From: Candidatus Latescibacterota bacterium
GTDB lineage: Bacteria; Latescibacterota; UBA2968; UBA8231
Length of the DNA: 64,000 nucleotides
Direction: 5' to 3'
Assembly (NCBI GenBank): GCA_965242865.1
Contig: CBDETK010000013.1
Location: 640,001 to 704,000 of the forward strand
The notes under the pieces were generated by a model. It ran no database searches, was not told the DNA's origin, and worked only from the letters and a program-made list of their open reading frames with translations. Of this stretch, positions 39,815 through 48,910 are shown piece after piece; position 1 is the stretch's first letter, and the number at the start of each line of letters is the position of its first letter. Both the position numbers and the translations under genes were made by a program.

Positions 39815-41779
39815 ATGCAGGTGACAGAATGGGGTAAGATGGTATGGCGCGTCGGCGCGGTGGTGTGGTTGGGCTGGGCGTCGGTTGAGGGCCAGCAGGC
39901 GGACATCCCACGCAGCGCGTGGCCGGCCGCTTGGTTCCGGCCGCCGGTCGCGGCTTCGGCCTTGGGAGTGCAGCACTTCCGCCAAGCACCCATGCTCGAT
40001 GAAGCGGTGGCCGCCGGCGAATTGCCGCCGGTAGCCGAGCGCTTGCCCGACGACCCAATGGTGGTCGAACCCCGCGGCGAAATCGGCCGCTACGGGGGCA
40101 CGGCCCGGTTGTTTTTTGCCGGCGAAAGCCTGATCAACGTGCCCGAAGGGGTGCTGCGCCCGGGGCCGCAGATGCGGTTGAATCTGCCGAACTTTGCCCA
40201 AAAGGCCGAATACCTCAACGGCGCGCGGACCTTGCGGATTACCCTGCGTCCCGGGCACAAGTGGTCCGACGGGCATCCGGTGACGGCCGACGACTACGCC
40301 TTCTGGTTCGACCACGTGCTGATGAACGAGGAGCTCACGCCGGTCGTGGAGCCGCGCTTCAAGGGGGCGCGGATCGAAAAGCACGACGCCCACAGCTTCA
40401 GTTATCACTTTCCCCAGCCCATGCCGCTGTTTGTCAACCACCTCGCCCACAACAGTGCGCGCTTGGCGGTGCCAGCCCACTTTATGCGCCGCTACCATCC
40501 GGCGTTTGCCGACCGGGCGCAGTTGGAGCGCGAGGCCCACGCGCTCGGGTTGCAAGACTGGCGCACCTATTTCGGGGCCGTCAACAGCACGACCGATCTG
40601 ATTCCCTTCGACCGCCCGGTGCTGACCGCTTATGTCTTGGTCAGCCGCACCTCAACGCGCGCCCGGCTGCGCCGCAACCCCTACTACCCCAAGGTCGATC
40701 CCGAGGGCAACCAGTTGCCCTATATCGACTATTTGGAGGTGCAGCGGGTCGATAGCCCGGAGATCATGGCGGCCAAGGCCGCGACCGGCCAGATCGACTT
40801 TGCCGGGCGGCAGTTTATGACGGCTGACATTCCGCTGTTTAAGCGCTTTGAGCAGCGCAACGGCTATTCCACGTACGTCTGGCCGCGGCCCTACGGCTCG
40901 GACGTGGTGTTGCAGTTCAATTTGAATCACCCGGACGCAGGGTTGCGGCGAATTTTTCAGGATGTGCGCTTCCGGCGGGCCATGTCGCTGGCCATTCATC
41001 GGGAGGAAATCAACGACATCGTGTACTTTGGCCACGGGGTGCCGCGCCAGTTGACGGTGGTGCCGTCGAGCCGCTACTTCGAGCCGGAATTTGCCGCGGC
41101 GTGGGCCGAGTTTGACCCGGCGCGGGCCAAGGCCCTGTTCGACGAAATGAGGCTGGTCGATCGCGACGGCGACGGTCAGCGCGAGCGGCTCGACGGCGAA
41201 CCCTTGCAAATCACCTTGGAGTACATGATCGGGGAGACGCCCAAGCAGGTCACCTTGGACTTGGTCGCGGCTTACTGGCGCGAGGTGGGAGTGGCCGTCA
41301 ATCTCAAGCAGATCAGCGGCACCCTGCAACGGATTCGCGCCCGGGCCGGCTTGATGGACATGACGATCTGGCACGCGGACCGCAACGCGGACATCCTCTT
41401 TCCCATTGAGCCGTACTGGTACGTGCCGACCAATAGCGGCTGGGAGCAGAGCCAGTGGTCCAAGTGGACGCGGTGGTACTTTTCCGACGGCGCGCTCGGG
41501 TGGGAGCCGCCGGCCGCGATTCAGGAGCTGCTCGGCTGGTGGGAGACCTTGCGCCGCACCACGGACGAGGCCGAGCGCATCGCGCTGGGCAAGAACATCC
41601 TCCGCAGCCAAGCCGAAAACCTGTGGGCCCTCGGCGTCATTGGCTTGGGGCCGCATCCGGTCGTCGTCAGCCACCGGCTGCGCAATGTGCCGCCCCAAGG
41701 CTATTGGGGCTGGGATTCGCGCTGGACGTGGCCGTACTATCCCGAGACTTGGTATCTGGCCGAGGACGGCGCAAATTAG
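39815..41779 (+). CDS. ABC transporter substrate-binding protein, family 5
   Basis: GELPPVAERLP.DP, IGRYGG, KWSDGHPVTADD, RNPYY.KVD..GNQLPYID and FRRAMSLAI motifs. Start could be 39839. Confidence 0.9.
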   Translation: MQVTEWGKMVWRVGAVVWLGWASVEGQQADIPRSAWPAAWFRPPVAASALGVQHFRQAPMLDEAVAAGELPPVAERLPDDPMVVEPRGEIGRYGGTARLFFAGESLINVPEGVLRPGPQMRLNLPNFAQKAEYLNGARTLRITLRPGHKWSDGHPVTADDYAFWFDHVLMNEELTPVVEPRFKGARIEKHDAHSFSYHFPQPMPLFVNHLAHNSARLAVPAHFMRRYHPAFADRAQLEREAHALGLQDWRTYFGAVNSTTDLIPFDRPVLTAYVLVSRTSTRARLRRNPYYPKVDPEGNQLPYIDYLEVQRVDSPEIMAAKAATGQIDFAGRQFMTADIPLFKRFEQRNGYSTYVWPRPYGSDVVLQFNLNHPDAGLRRIFQDVRFRRAMSLAIHREEINDIVYFGHGVPRQLTVVPSSRYFEPEFAAAWAEFDPARAKALFDEMRLVDRDGDGQRERLDGEPLQITLEYMIGETPKQVTLDLVAAYWREVGVAVNLKQISGTLQRIRARAGLMDMTIWHADRNADILFPIEPYWYVPTNSGWEQSQWSKWTRWYFSDGALGWEPPAAIQELLGWWETLRRTTDEAERIALGKNILRSQAENLWALGVIGLGPHPVVVSHRLRNVPPQGYWGWDSRWTWPYYPETWYLAEDGAN

Positions 41780-41933
41780 CCGCGCAACGGTTGCCGTTCT
41801 CTGTATATTGTGCTAATGTTTAGCGATTAAGAGCTAAGAAGCGGTTGAAAGGAGGTGAAGAGGCCGTTTGGTTGAGAAGCTCATTTTCATTTTTAACCCG
41901 TTCAAACCACCAACCCATGAGGTGAATCGCATT

Positions 41934-42887
41934 ATGAAGAAACTTTTGAGCAGCGCGACTGTTGTGGCACTCGGCATCCTGTTGCCAGCCAGTGCGGCAT
42001 CGGCCCACGTGCCGATCCCGGGCATTGACTCCGGTACGCTTTTCCAGTGGCCCGCGGGCCAAGAACCCACCTTGGATGGCGACCTTTCTGAATGGGATAT
42101 CGTCCCCGAGGATTACTACGTTCCCTTTGACTCGCACTTCGAGTATTATCTCGGCTTGGGCCACGAAAACGACGAGAGCAATCTGTCGTTTCGGGTGGTG
42201 GGGGCATGGAGCGCGGGGACCAACCGCCTCTACTTGATGATGGAGCGGTTTGACAACTATTGGGATCGCAATGGCGTGGGCGCGGTTGCCGCGGGCGATG
42301 ATAGCTGGGAAATCATGATCGACGCCGACCACGGCGGCGACCGGCACTTCGCGCTCCCGGACGATTACGACGACGACGACGAGCGCCAGCGCAACCAAGG
42401 CCGGTTTGCCCAGAACGCCCACTACGTCTGGCCGGAAATGCCCGATGCCAACCGGGCTGTCGGCTGGAAGTGGTTCTTCAACAGCCAGTCCACTTGGCAC
42501 GACGTGCCCCCGTGGGGCGCGTACGGTTTCCAGCTAGATGGCGAAGTCAACTCGGGCGAGGTCACCGCGCGCATTGAGGTGATGTCGGTCGCTTGGGACG
42601 ACTTCTACTGGATCGGCCCGGACGAGAGCCAGATCCACACCTTCGTCGAGGGCAATACCATTGGGCTGGGCTGGGTCGTCCACGACATGGATTCGGCCGA
42701 AGAGGACAACGGCGGCGCCAGCGATGGCGGCTGGGGCATCAACCCCAACATTCAGATGTGGTTCGACTGCGTCAATTGCTCGGACTTCCTGCTGGCGCCG
42801 ATCGACCCCCGCGTAGATTTCAGCAGCCTCGGCACCTCGGTCGAAGAAGAAAGCTGGGGCCGCATCAAAGCGGTCTATATCCAGTAA
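41934..42887 (+). CDS. secreted acidic protein, CBM9/DOMON-like, with C-terminal SWGRIK motif
   Basis: Signal peptide ending ASA-H, PTLDGDLSEW, DSWEIMIDADH, and C-terminus TSVEEESWGRIKAVYIQ. Confidence 0.7.
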   Translation: MKKLLSSATVVALGILLPASAASAHVPIPGIDSGTLFQWPAGQEPTLDGDLSEWDIVPEDYYVPFDSHFEYYLGLGHENDESNLSFRVVGAWSAGTNRLYLMMERFDNYWDRNGVGAVAAGDDSWEIMIDADHGGDRHFALPDDYDDDDERQRNQGRFAQNAHYVWPEMPDANRAVGWKWFFNSQSTWHDVPPWGAYGFQLDGEVNSGEVTARIEVMSVAWDDFYWIGPDESQIHTFVEGNTIGLGWVVHDMDSAEEDNGGASDGGWGINPNIQMWFDCVNCSDFLLAPIDPRVDFSSLGTSVEEESWGRIKAVYIQ

Positions 42888-42902
42888 CCTGTCTCATCCC
42901 AA

Positions 42903-43081
42903 AGAAGCCGTCTGAACCCTCTTGGGGCCGGCACGGGGGCCAGCACAGGCCGGCACGGGGGCCAGCACAGGCCGGCACGGGGGCCAGCCCCTAGCCCCCT
43001 AGAAATTTCAGACCGCCTCTAAATCAGTACCTTGGGGCACGTCGAACAAACCGTAGAGGCCGGCCCCCGTGCCGGCCTCTA
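42903..43081. repeat. composite REP/MITE-like element
   Basis: Imperfect 14-bp inverted repeats (AGAAGCCGTCTGAA 42903-42916 and TTCAGACCGCCTCT 43007-43020) enclose ~3 tandem 22-bp units GGCCGGCACGGGGGCCAGCACA. An inverted GTAG-led hairpin copy lies at 43053-43081. Confidence 0.8.
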
Positions 43082-43089
43082 GATCAATC

Positions 43090-43126
43090 TCTGAAGGGGA
43101 GATGCCTCTGGCATCTCCCCTTCAGA
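43090..43126. terminator. perfect 17-bp hairpin (terminator or RNA-stability element)
   Basis: TCTGAAGGGGAGATGCC-TCT-GGCATCTCCCCTTCAGA followed by TTT. Confidence 0.6.
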
Positions 43127-43153
43127 TTTCTAGGAGATGTAGGAGATGCCAGC

Positions 43154-45142
43154 ATGACCGCATTTAGAGGATGCTGCGTCGCCCTCTTGCTGGCCGCGAG
43201 CAGCCCCCCGGTGGCGGGATTGACCGTCTATCGGCTGGGCGGCGAAGGCTTGCCGCTCCCGCCCGAAGTGGCCAGCGGAACCGCTGATTTCGTCCAATTT
43301 AATTGGGCCGAACTCGACGCGGACTTGCAGGGAGTTAGCGAATCTCTGACGATGGCCCCCGACGGCATTGCCCCGTTGTTCTTTCCCGCCGATTTCAACA
43401 TCGCGCCGACCGTCAAAGATCGCGGCGGCTACTTGCAGACCCAAGGCTTTCAGGCTTGGATCGAAACCGATGATATCGTCTTGATAAACGACGGCGATCT
43501 AGAGACGGCCTATTACGAGGAAAAGGGATCGAACCGGGTGAACGTGGGGGATGACTTGCGGTTCGGCAAAACCTTGTTGTTCGACCTCGGCGGTTTATTT
43601 GCCGTCGATCGCATCCGCTTTTTTACCCGCGCCGACAACCAAGACAACTACATCGAGCTCTTTCACGTTTGGACCAACACGCTGACGATTGAAGAAGCCG
43701 GGATCAGCAGCGTGGATCTCTGCACGGCCGGGCGGACTGATAACTGCTTGGACTTCGTCAACCGGGCGCACCGCGATTTGTACAACCGCAAAGACATGTA
43801 CTTCAACGCGCTGTTGGAGGTCGAGGAAAACACCCGCTCAACCGTGGAAGTGGAACTCACCGGCGAATACATTCGGCGCGTGGTGCTGTTCGTGCCTTCG
43901 CAGCCGACGCGCGATTGGGAGATCGCCGAGTTTGAGATTTTCGCCCCCGGCTACGTGCCCAACGCCTCGTACCGGTCCAACATCCTCGATCTCGGGCAAG
44001 AGGTCGCGCTCGGGGAGCTGCGCTGGTCTGGGCGCAAGGACGCCGAGGCCACAGTCAACATCCGCAGCCAGAGCGGCAGCGATGCGGACCCCAACATATA
44101 CTGGCGGCACACCTTCCGCGGCGACGAGCAGGTCAACTACGACAGCCGGGGCCGGCCCCTAACCCTGCGGACCTACGGACGCTTGGAGATTTCCGAGCGC
44201 GGCAAGATCACCCGCGATGCCGATCATTGGGATTTTTGGTCGACGACCTACGATTTCAGCGACAGCGTAGGGACGCGCTGGTCGGCGACTAAGCCCCGGC
44301 GCTTTGTTCAATTTGCACTGGACTTTCAATCGAACATGGCCGCGGGCAGCGAGATGAATTACTTGGAGTTTACCGCGTCTCCACCGACCGTCACCGCGCT
44401 GGTGGGAGAAATCGATCCCTATCGGGCGGCAACGGCCCAAGTGACCCAGTTCACCTACGCGGTCCGCCCCACCATTGGCCTCGACGACCCCGGGTTCGAC
44501 CGCTTGGCAATATCGGCCCAAGGCGGCCGCTTGGTCGGCATCGACGATGTGCGGATCGGGGGGCAAGCGGTCGCCTTTGAGCGAGTCCAAGAAGATGGCG
44601 AGCGGCTGGTGGTGGGCGTGCCGCGGCTCGACGTGGACCGCACCGAAGAAGTGGTGGAAGTGGATTTCAGGGGCGAGATTTTTCGCTACGGAGCGACCTT
44701 TGCCGGGCGCGTGTTCGACAGCCAAACCCCGCAGGAGATTGGGCAACCCGTGCCGGCGGGCGACGCCACGCCCCTGCGCGACGGCAACACCCTTTCGGTG
44801 CAGGCTTTGGTGCTCGGCACTCGGGTCCTCGGCGCACTAGACTTGGCCGGCGGCGTGTTTACGCCCAACGGCGACGGGGTCAACGACGAGCTAGACATCG
44901 CGTACGAGCTGCTCAAACTGGTGACGCTGACCGCGACCGTGGTGGAGGTGCGGGACTTGGCCGGTGGCTTGGTGCGCCAAGTGCATCAGGGGCTGGACGC
45001 GGCCGGTCGCCACCGCCGGCCCTGGGACGGGTTGGACGAGCGCGGTCATCCGGTGGCCCCCGGGGTGTACATTTGCCGCGTTGAAGTCGAGACCGAACAG
45101 GGGCGGGAGCAGCGCACCGGGGTCGTTGCGGTGGCCTATTGA
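43154..45142 (+). CDS. secreted protein with C-terminal FlgD-Ig / CHU_C-like domain
   Basis: Signal peptide, FDLG, WEIAEFE, FTPNGDGVND and WDGLDERG..VAPGVY motifs. Ends VAVAY. Confidence 0.8.
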   Translation: MTAFRGCCVALLLAASSPPVAGLTVYRLGGEGLPLPPEVASGTADFVQFNWAELDADLQGVSESLTMAPDGIAPLFFPADFNIAPTVKDRGGYLQTQGFQAWIETDDIVLINDGDLETAYYEEKGSNRVNVGDDLRFGKTLLFDLGGLFAVDRIRFFTRADNQDNYIELFHVWTNTLTIEEAGISSVDLCTAGRTDNCLDFVNRAHRDLYNRKDMYFNALLEVEENTRSTVEVELTGEYIRRVVLFVPSQPTRDWEIAEFEIFAPGYVPNASYRSNILDLGQEVALGELRWSGRKDAEATVNIRSQSGSDADPNIYWRHTFRGDEQVNYDSRGRPLTLRTYGRLEISERGKITRDADHWDFWSTTYDFSDSVGTRWSATKPRRFVQFALDFQSNMAAGSEMNYLEFTASPPTVTALVGEIDPYRAATAQVTQFTYAVRPTIGLDDPGFDRLAISAQGGRLVGIDDVRIGGQAVAFERVQEDGERLVVGVPRLDVDRTEEVVEVDFRGEIFRYGATFAGRVFDSQTPQEIGQPVPAGDATPLRDGNTLSVQALVLGTRVLGALDLAGGVFTPNGDGVNDELDIAYELLKLVTLTATVVEVRDLAGGLVRQVHQGLDAAGRHRRPWDGLDERGHPVAPGVYICRVEVETEQGREQRTGVVAVAY

Positions 45143-45154
45143 AGGAGATTGGCT

Positions 45155-47713
45155 ATGGTCCGGGAGAAATTCGCACTGGCATTGGGGGTGGGGCTCGGAT
45201 GGTGGGGATTGGTGGGGGCGCAGAATCACGCCTTGCGCTCGGACCACGTCGTCGTAACCACCCAACGCCACTGGAGCCATTGGGCCTTTGTCGAGGGCAC
45301 GCTCGACATCGCGTCCAGCGGCGCGGTCGCGCCCGCCTTCGTGCCCAAGGATCACAACGCCGTAACCGACCTCATCCAGCACCTGCGGCGCACCGCAGTC
45401 GATCCCGACGGCGCGACCGTCCTCGACGCGATTGAGGCCGGGACCAACGCGGCCGTGGTCGCCAACCTCTTCGATGGCGACCCAACGACCTATTGGGAAC
45501 CCGACCCGGATAGCCCGCTGCGGGACTGGTGGTTCCAAGTCGATATGGGGCGGTTGATCAATGCCACGCACATCGGCTTGCAATTTGTGCCCGAGGGGCA
45601 GGGCGATCCCTTCCTGCAATTCGCAGTGCTGACGGCCGACAACGCGGACCAAGGCAACAAGGTGGCCGGCAAAGTGCCCATGCACTTGGTGTACCGCACG
45701 CCGAGCGACAACAAAAACCAGCGCACCTTTGAGTTTGACCTGAACCGAGGGGAGCTAATCGACCCGGTGCCCGGAGTGGATTTTGCCGGCGACATGGTGC
45801 GCTTCGTCCAAGTCGTAGTCACCGAAAGCGACGGGGCCCGCGCCGTTGAGGTGTCGGCCGACGAATACGACTCATTGGCCAGCCGCGACCGGGGGGACAT
45901 CGTGTTCCACAAGCAGGTGGGCGACGGAGAAGTGGAGGTCGAGGAAGCGATTTACGCGGCGATTGATCCGCAGTTGCGCGGCGCGGTGCGCTACTATCGG
46001 CGCGAGCGGCCGCGCTTGGCCGAGTTGGAGGTCTATGAGCTGGGCAAGAACATTTCGCAGGGCATGATCCTCGACCGCAATGGCAGCGCCGAAAGCTCCC
46101 ACGAAGGGTCCGTGGGCAACCTCGTCGATGGAGAGGGGACCTACTTGACCTTTAATCTCAAAGCCTTTCAGACCGGGAACGTGGCCTTTGGCGAGCGGTT
46201 TTTGGAGTTTAACCTAGGGGCTTCCTACTGGCTCGACACCGTCCAGTTGTGGTACAACCTCAGCGTGGCCGGCGGCCAGCTCGCGGGCGCCAGCTTTCAC
46301 CAGTACGAAATCCAGACTTCAGACGGCACGCCGGCCCCGGGCGGCGGCCAGTTGTGGGCGGCGCCGGCCCAAGTCCGCGGCTTGGGCACGGCGTTTGAAG
46401 TCAACACCTTTGCGCCGACGCCGGCCCGCTTTGTGCGGATAGCCTATCCCTTTTCGAGCAGCGAATCGGGCCGCGAGGGGAACAAGGCGCGCCTGCGCGA
46501 AGTGCAGATTTACGGCGAAGGATACCATCCCGAAGTGGAGCTGGAATCCGGGCTGATTCCCTTGCAGGGCGCCAAGAGCTTGGTGTCCATCGAATGGGAG
46601 GCGGACGCGCCCCCGGGCACGGCCGTGCAAATCCAAACCCGCACCGGCAATGAGGTCGCCGAAGCCTATCGCTACTACGACAGCGGCGGCGTGGAAGTCT
46701 CCGAGGGCAAGTACGCGAAGTTGGGCTTTTTTAAGAAGGGCCGGATCGACACCCTGCAAGTGGCCGGGGCCGACTGGAGCAATTGGAGCGCGCCCTACGC
46801 GCATTCCGGTGCCCCCATTGCTTCGCCCAGCCCGCGGCAATACCTGCTGTTGCGCGCCCGGTTGACCACCACCGACCCCCGGCAGGCGGCCAGCCTGCGC
46901 TCCATCCGCTTGAACTTCAATCCGCCGGTAGCCAAGCAACTCCAAGGCGAATTAGACATCGGGGTCTTTGACCGCTTGGGGGTGCCGCAGGAGGTTTCCC
47001 TGTTTGTCAAGCCGACCTTTGGGCCGCAGGATCTGGGCTTTGACGAGGTTTTGCTGCGCGCCCCGCCGGACATGGCGCTTGAGTTGGGCGCGGTTCGCGT
47101 GGGCCGTGCGTCCGAGTGGGAACCGCTCGCCGTGCAAGTGGTGGAAACGCGCCCGGACTCGCTCTGGTTGCGCCTCGACCGGCTAATCGAGCGGGGCGGG
47201 GCGGTCGAGCTGATCGAAGTGCAGTTTACCACGGCCCTGTTTTCGCCCGGGGTCGTGCTCCACGCGGCGCTGGGCAATTCGTCGTTGGCCAACTCGTGGC
47301 AACAGGTCGATCCTGCGGACGTGACCGAACTGGCCCACAGCGAGGGGCTGCAGATCGTCGCTTCGGTGCAGGACGACCAAGTGCTCGGCGACTTGGGCAT
47401 CCTGCCAGCGGTCGTGACGCCCAACGGCGACGGGGTCAACGACGCGCTGACCATTGCTTTTACCGTGCGGCGGTTGAGCGGTGCGCGCCCGGTCAAGGTG
47501 CGAATTTACGACCTGAGTGGCCGCTTGGTGCGCCGCCTCGACGCCCACAAGCCCCTAGTGGCCGGGCAATACGCGCTCGACTGGGCGGCCCAAGACGAGC
47601 AGGGGCAAGTGGTTCCGCCCGGGGTGTATATCTTGCGGATCGACGTCGATGCGGATTCGGACCGCGCCGTGCGGCAAACGGGCGTTCAGCACCTGCTGCA
47701 CGTGGCGTATTGA
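45155..47713 (+). CDS. secreted protein with discoidin-like and FlgD-Ig / CHU_C-like domains (paralogue of the upstream gene)
   Basis: Signal peptide, LFDGDPTTYW, VTPNGDGVND, IYDLSGRLVR and PPGVY motifs. Ends LHVAY. Confidence 0.8.
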   Translation: MVREKFALALGVGLGWWGLVGAQNHALRSDHVVVTTQRHWSHWAFVEGTLDIASSGAVAPAFVPKDHNAVTDLIQHLRRTAVDPDGATVLDAIEAGTNAAVVANLFDGDPTTYWEPDPDSPLRDWWFQVDMGRLINATHIGLQFVPEGQGDPFLQFAVLTADNADQGNKVAGKVPMHLVYRTPSDNKNQRTFEFDLNRGELIDPVPGVDFAGDMVRFVQVVVTESDGARAVEVSADEYDSLASRDRGDIVFHKQVGDGEVEVEEAIYAAIDPQLRGAVRYYRRERPRLAELEVYELGKNISQGMILDRNGSAESSHEGSVGNLVDGEGTYLTFNLKAFQTGNVAFGERFLEFNLGASYWLDTVQLWYNLSVAGGQLAGASFHQYEIQTSDGTPAPGGGQLWAAPAQVRGLGTAFEVNTFAPTPARFVRIAYPFSSSESGREGNKARLREVQIYGEGYHPEVELESGLIPLQGAKSLVSIEWEADAPPGTAVQIQTRTGNEVAEAYRYYDSGGVEVSEGKYAKLGFFKKGRIDTLQVAGADWSNWSAPYAHSGAPIASPSPRQYLLLRARLTTTDPRQAASLRSIRLNFNPPVAKQLQGELDIGVFDRLGVPQEVSLFVKPTFGPQDLGFDEVLLRAPPDMALELGAVRVGRASEWEPLAVQVVETRPDSLWLRLDRLIERGGAVELIEVQFTTALFSPGVVLHAALGNSSLANSWQQVDPADVTELAHSEGLQIVASVQDDQVLGDLGILPAVVTPNGDGVNDALTIAFTVRRLSGARPVKVRIYDLSGRLVRRLDAHKPLVAGQYALDWAAQDEQGQVVPPGVYILRIDVDADSDRAVRQTGVQHLLHVAY

Positions 47714-47762
47714 ACGAGGAGATCGCCGGTTGTGTTGTATAGCGATCCTACATCGTTCAAGA

Positions 47763-47816
47763 CTGGATTCCCGCCCCGTGTCGGAGCACGGGGTGACGTT
47801 CTGTTGCGGGAATGAC
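47763..47816. repeat. REP-like palindrome (ATTCCCGC...GCGGGAAT type) with nested hairpin
   Basis: CTGGATTCCCGC...GCGGGAATGAC enclosing CCCCGTG-TCGGAG-CACGGGG. Confidence 0.7.
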
Positions 47817-47878
47817 CCTTCTATGCAAAAACAGGGCCGATAAACATTCCATGCTTTCAAGTCATTTAGAACTTCCAT

Positions 47879-48142
47879 ATGAACGATGTAACGAGAATTC
47901 GTTATAAGAAAGGCTATGTTTTTCACATTGAGTTCGACAACGGCGTAGCGGGAGACATTGACTTTGCCGAATACTTGGACAAAGGCCCGGTGTTCCTTCC
48001 TTTGCGGGACGAGGAGTTGTTTAGGCAGGCAACCATAGAAGGCGGCACCATCGCTTGGCCCAATGGTGCTGATGTCGCCCCTGAGACGCTATACGCAAAC
48101 ATCGTTCTCAATCGTTGCAAAAAGCAGGTCACGACGAACTGA
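47879..48142 (+). CDS. DUF2442 domain protein
   Basis: IEFDNG..GDIDF...GPVF.PL.D...GTIAWPNGADVAPETLY pattern. Confidence 0.85.
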   Translation: MNDVTRIRYKKGYVFHIEFDNGVAGDIDFAEYLDKGPVFLPLRDEELFRQATIEGGTIAWPNGADVAPETLYANIVLNRCKKQVTTN

Positions 48143-48185
48143 CGTCACGGAGAGCGCAACATTAGCTGCTAAGAGAGGAGCATCT

Positions 48186-48479
48186 ATGACTACTACCTTG
48201 AAACCGGAAATGGAGGCCCGGGTCGCGGCGTTGGCGGAACGGCTGGACGTTACCGCCCCGGACGCCCACGAGCGGGTGCTGGAAATGGCTCTCGATGCAC
48301 TAGACGCGAAAGTGCCCCCGCCGAGACACAAGATGACGCCGGAGGAGATCGCCGCGGAGAAGGCGCGTTGGCTGGAGATTGGCCGCCAGTTGCGGGCGAA
48401 ATATCCCTATGACGACGATCATCCGCCGTCCAAAGTCTGGCAAGAGGAGCTATACGATGAGCAGGGGCTGCCGAAATGA
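48186..48479 (+). CDS. VapB-like antitoxin
   Basis: RBS AGAGGAG, C-terminal LYDEQGLPK typical of this antitoxin family, and ATGA overlap with the PIN gene. Confidence 0.75.
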   Translation: MTTTLKPEMEARVAALAERLDVTAPDAHERVLEMALDALDAKVPPPRHKMTPEEIAAEKARWLEIGRQLRAKYPYDDDHPPSKVWQEELYDEQGLPK

Positions 48480-48865
48480 TGGTAGCCGACACCTCCGCGC
48501 TAATGGCCATTCTGATGAAAGAACAGGAGCATCGGGACTTTCTCAATGCGATACTGAACGATGGCATAGTGCTGGTATCTACGGCCACCGCCGCTGAATT
48601 GATGATCGTCGCGATGGGGAAAGGCGATGCCGTTTACCAATCAGCGGTCCAGTTTCTAAAGCAACCTTTTATCCGGCTGACGCCGCTGGACGAGCCCCAG
48701 ATGAGGGCGGCTGTTAAGGCTTATCAGCGTTTCGGCAAAGGGCGCCATCCGGCCAGCCTGAATTTAGGCGACACCTTTGCCTACGCCTTGGCGACGACGC
48801 AGCGGTTGCCGTTGTTGTTTAAGGGCGACGATTTCGTGCAGACCGATATTGGGCTCGCGGTATAG
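48476..48865 (+). CDS. vapC: VapC PIN-domain toxin
   Basis: VADTSALMAIL..E, FGKGRHPASLNLGD.FAYALA and LLFKGDDF..TD motifs. Confidence 0.92.
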   Translation: MMVADTSALMAILMKEQEHRDFLNAILNDGIVLVSTATAAELMIVAMGKGDAVYQSAVQFLKQPFIRLTPLDEPQMRAAVKAYQRFGKGRHPASLNLGDTFAYALATTQRLPLLFKGDDFVQTDIGLAV

Positions 48866-48910
48866 TTCGACGAACTGTTCACTTCACCCCGATTTCTTCG
48901 ATTCATTGCT

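Noticed and set aside
42907-42916. GCCGTCTGAA, identical to the Neisseria DNA uptake sequence
   Set aside because: Only one copy was noticed in 64 kb, and it is part of an inverted repeat. An uptake sequence would be abundant.
42926-42988. Tandem 22-bp repeats as a CRISPR array
   Set aside because: The units are contiguous with no unique spacers, and there is no cas operon. The Cas4-like gene 6 kb away is solitary.
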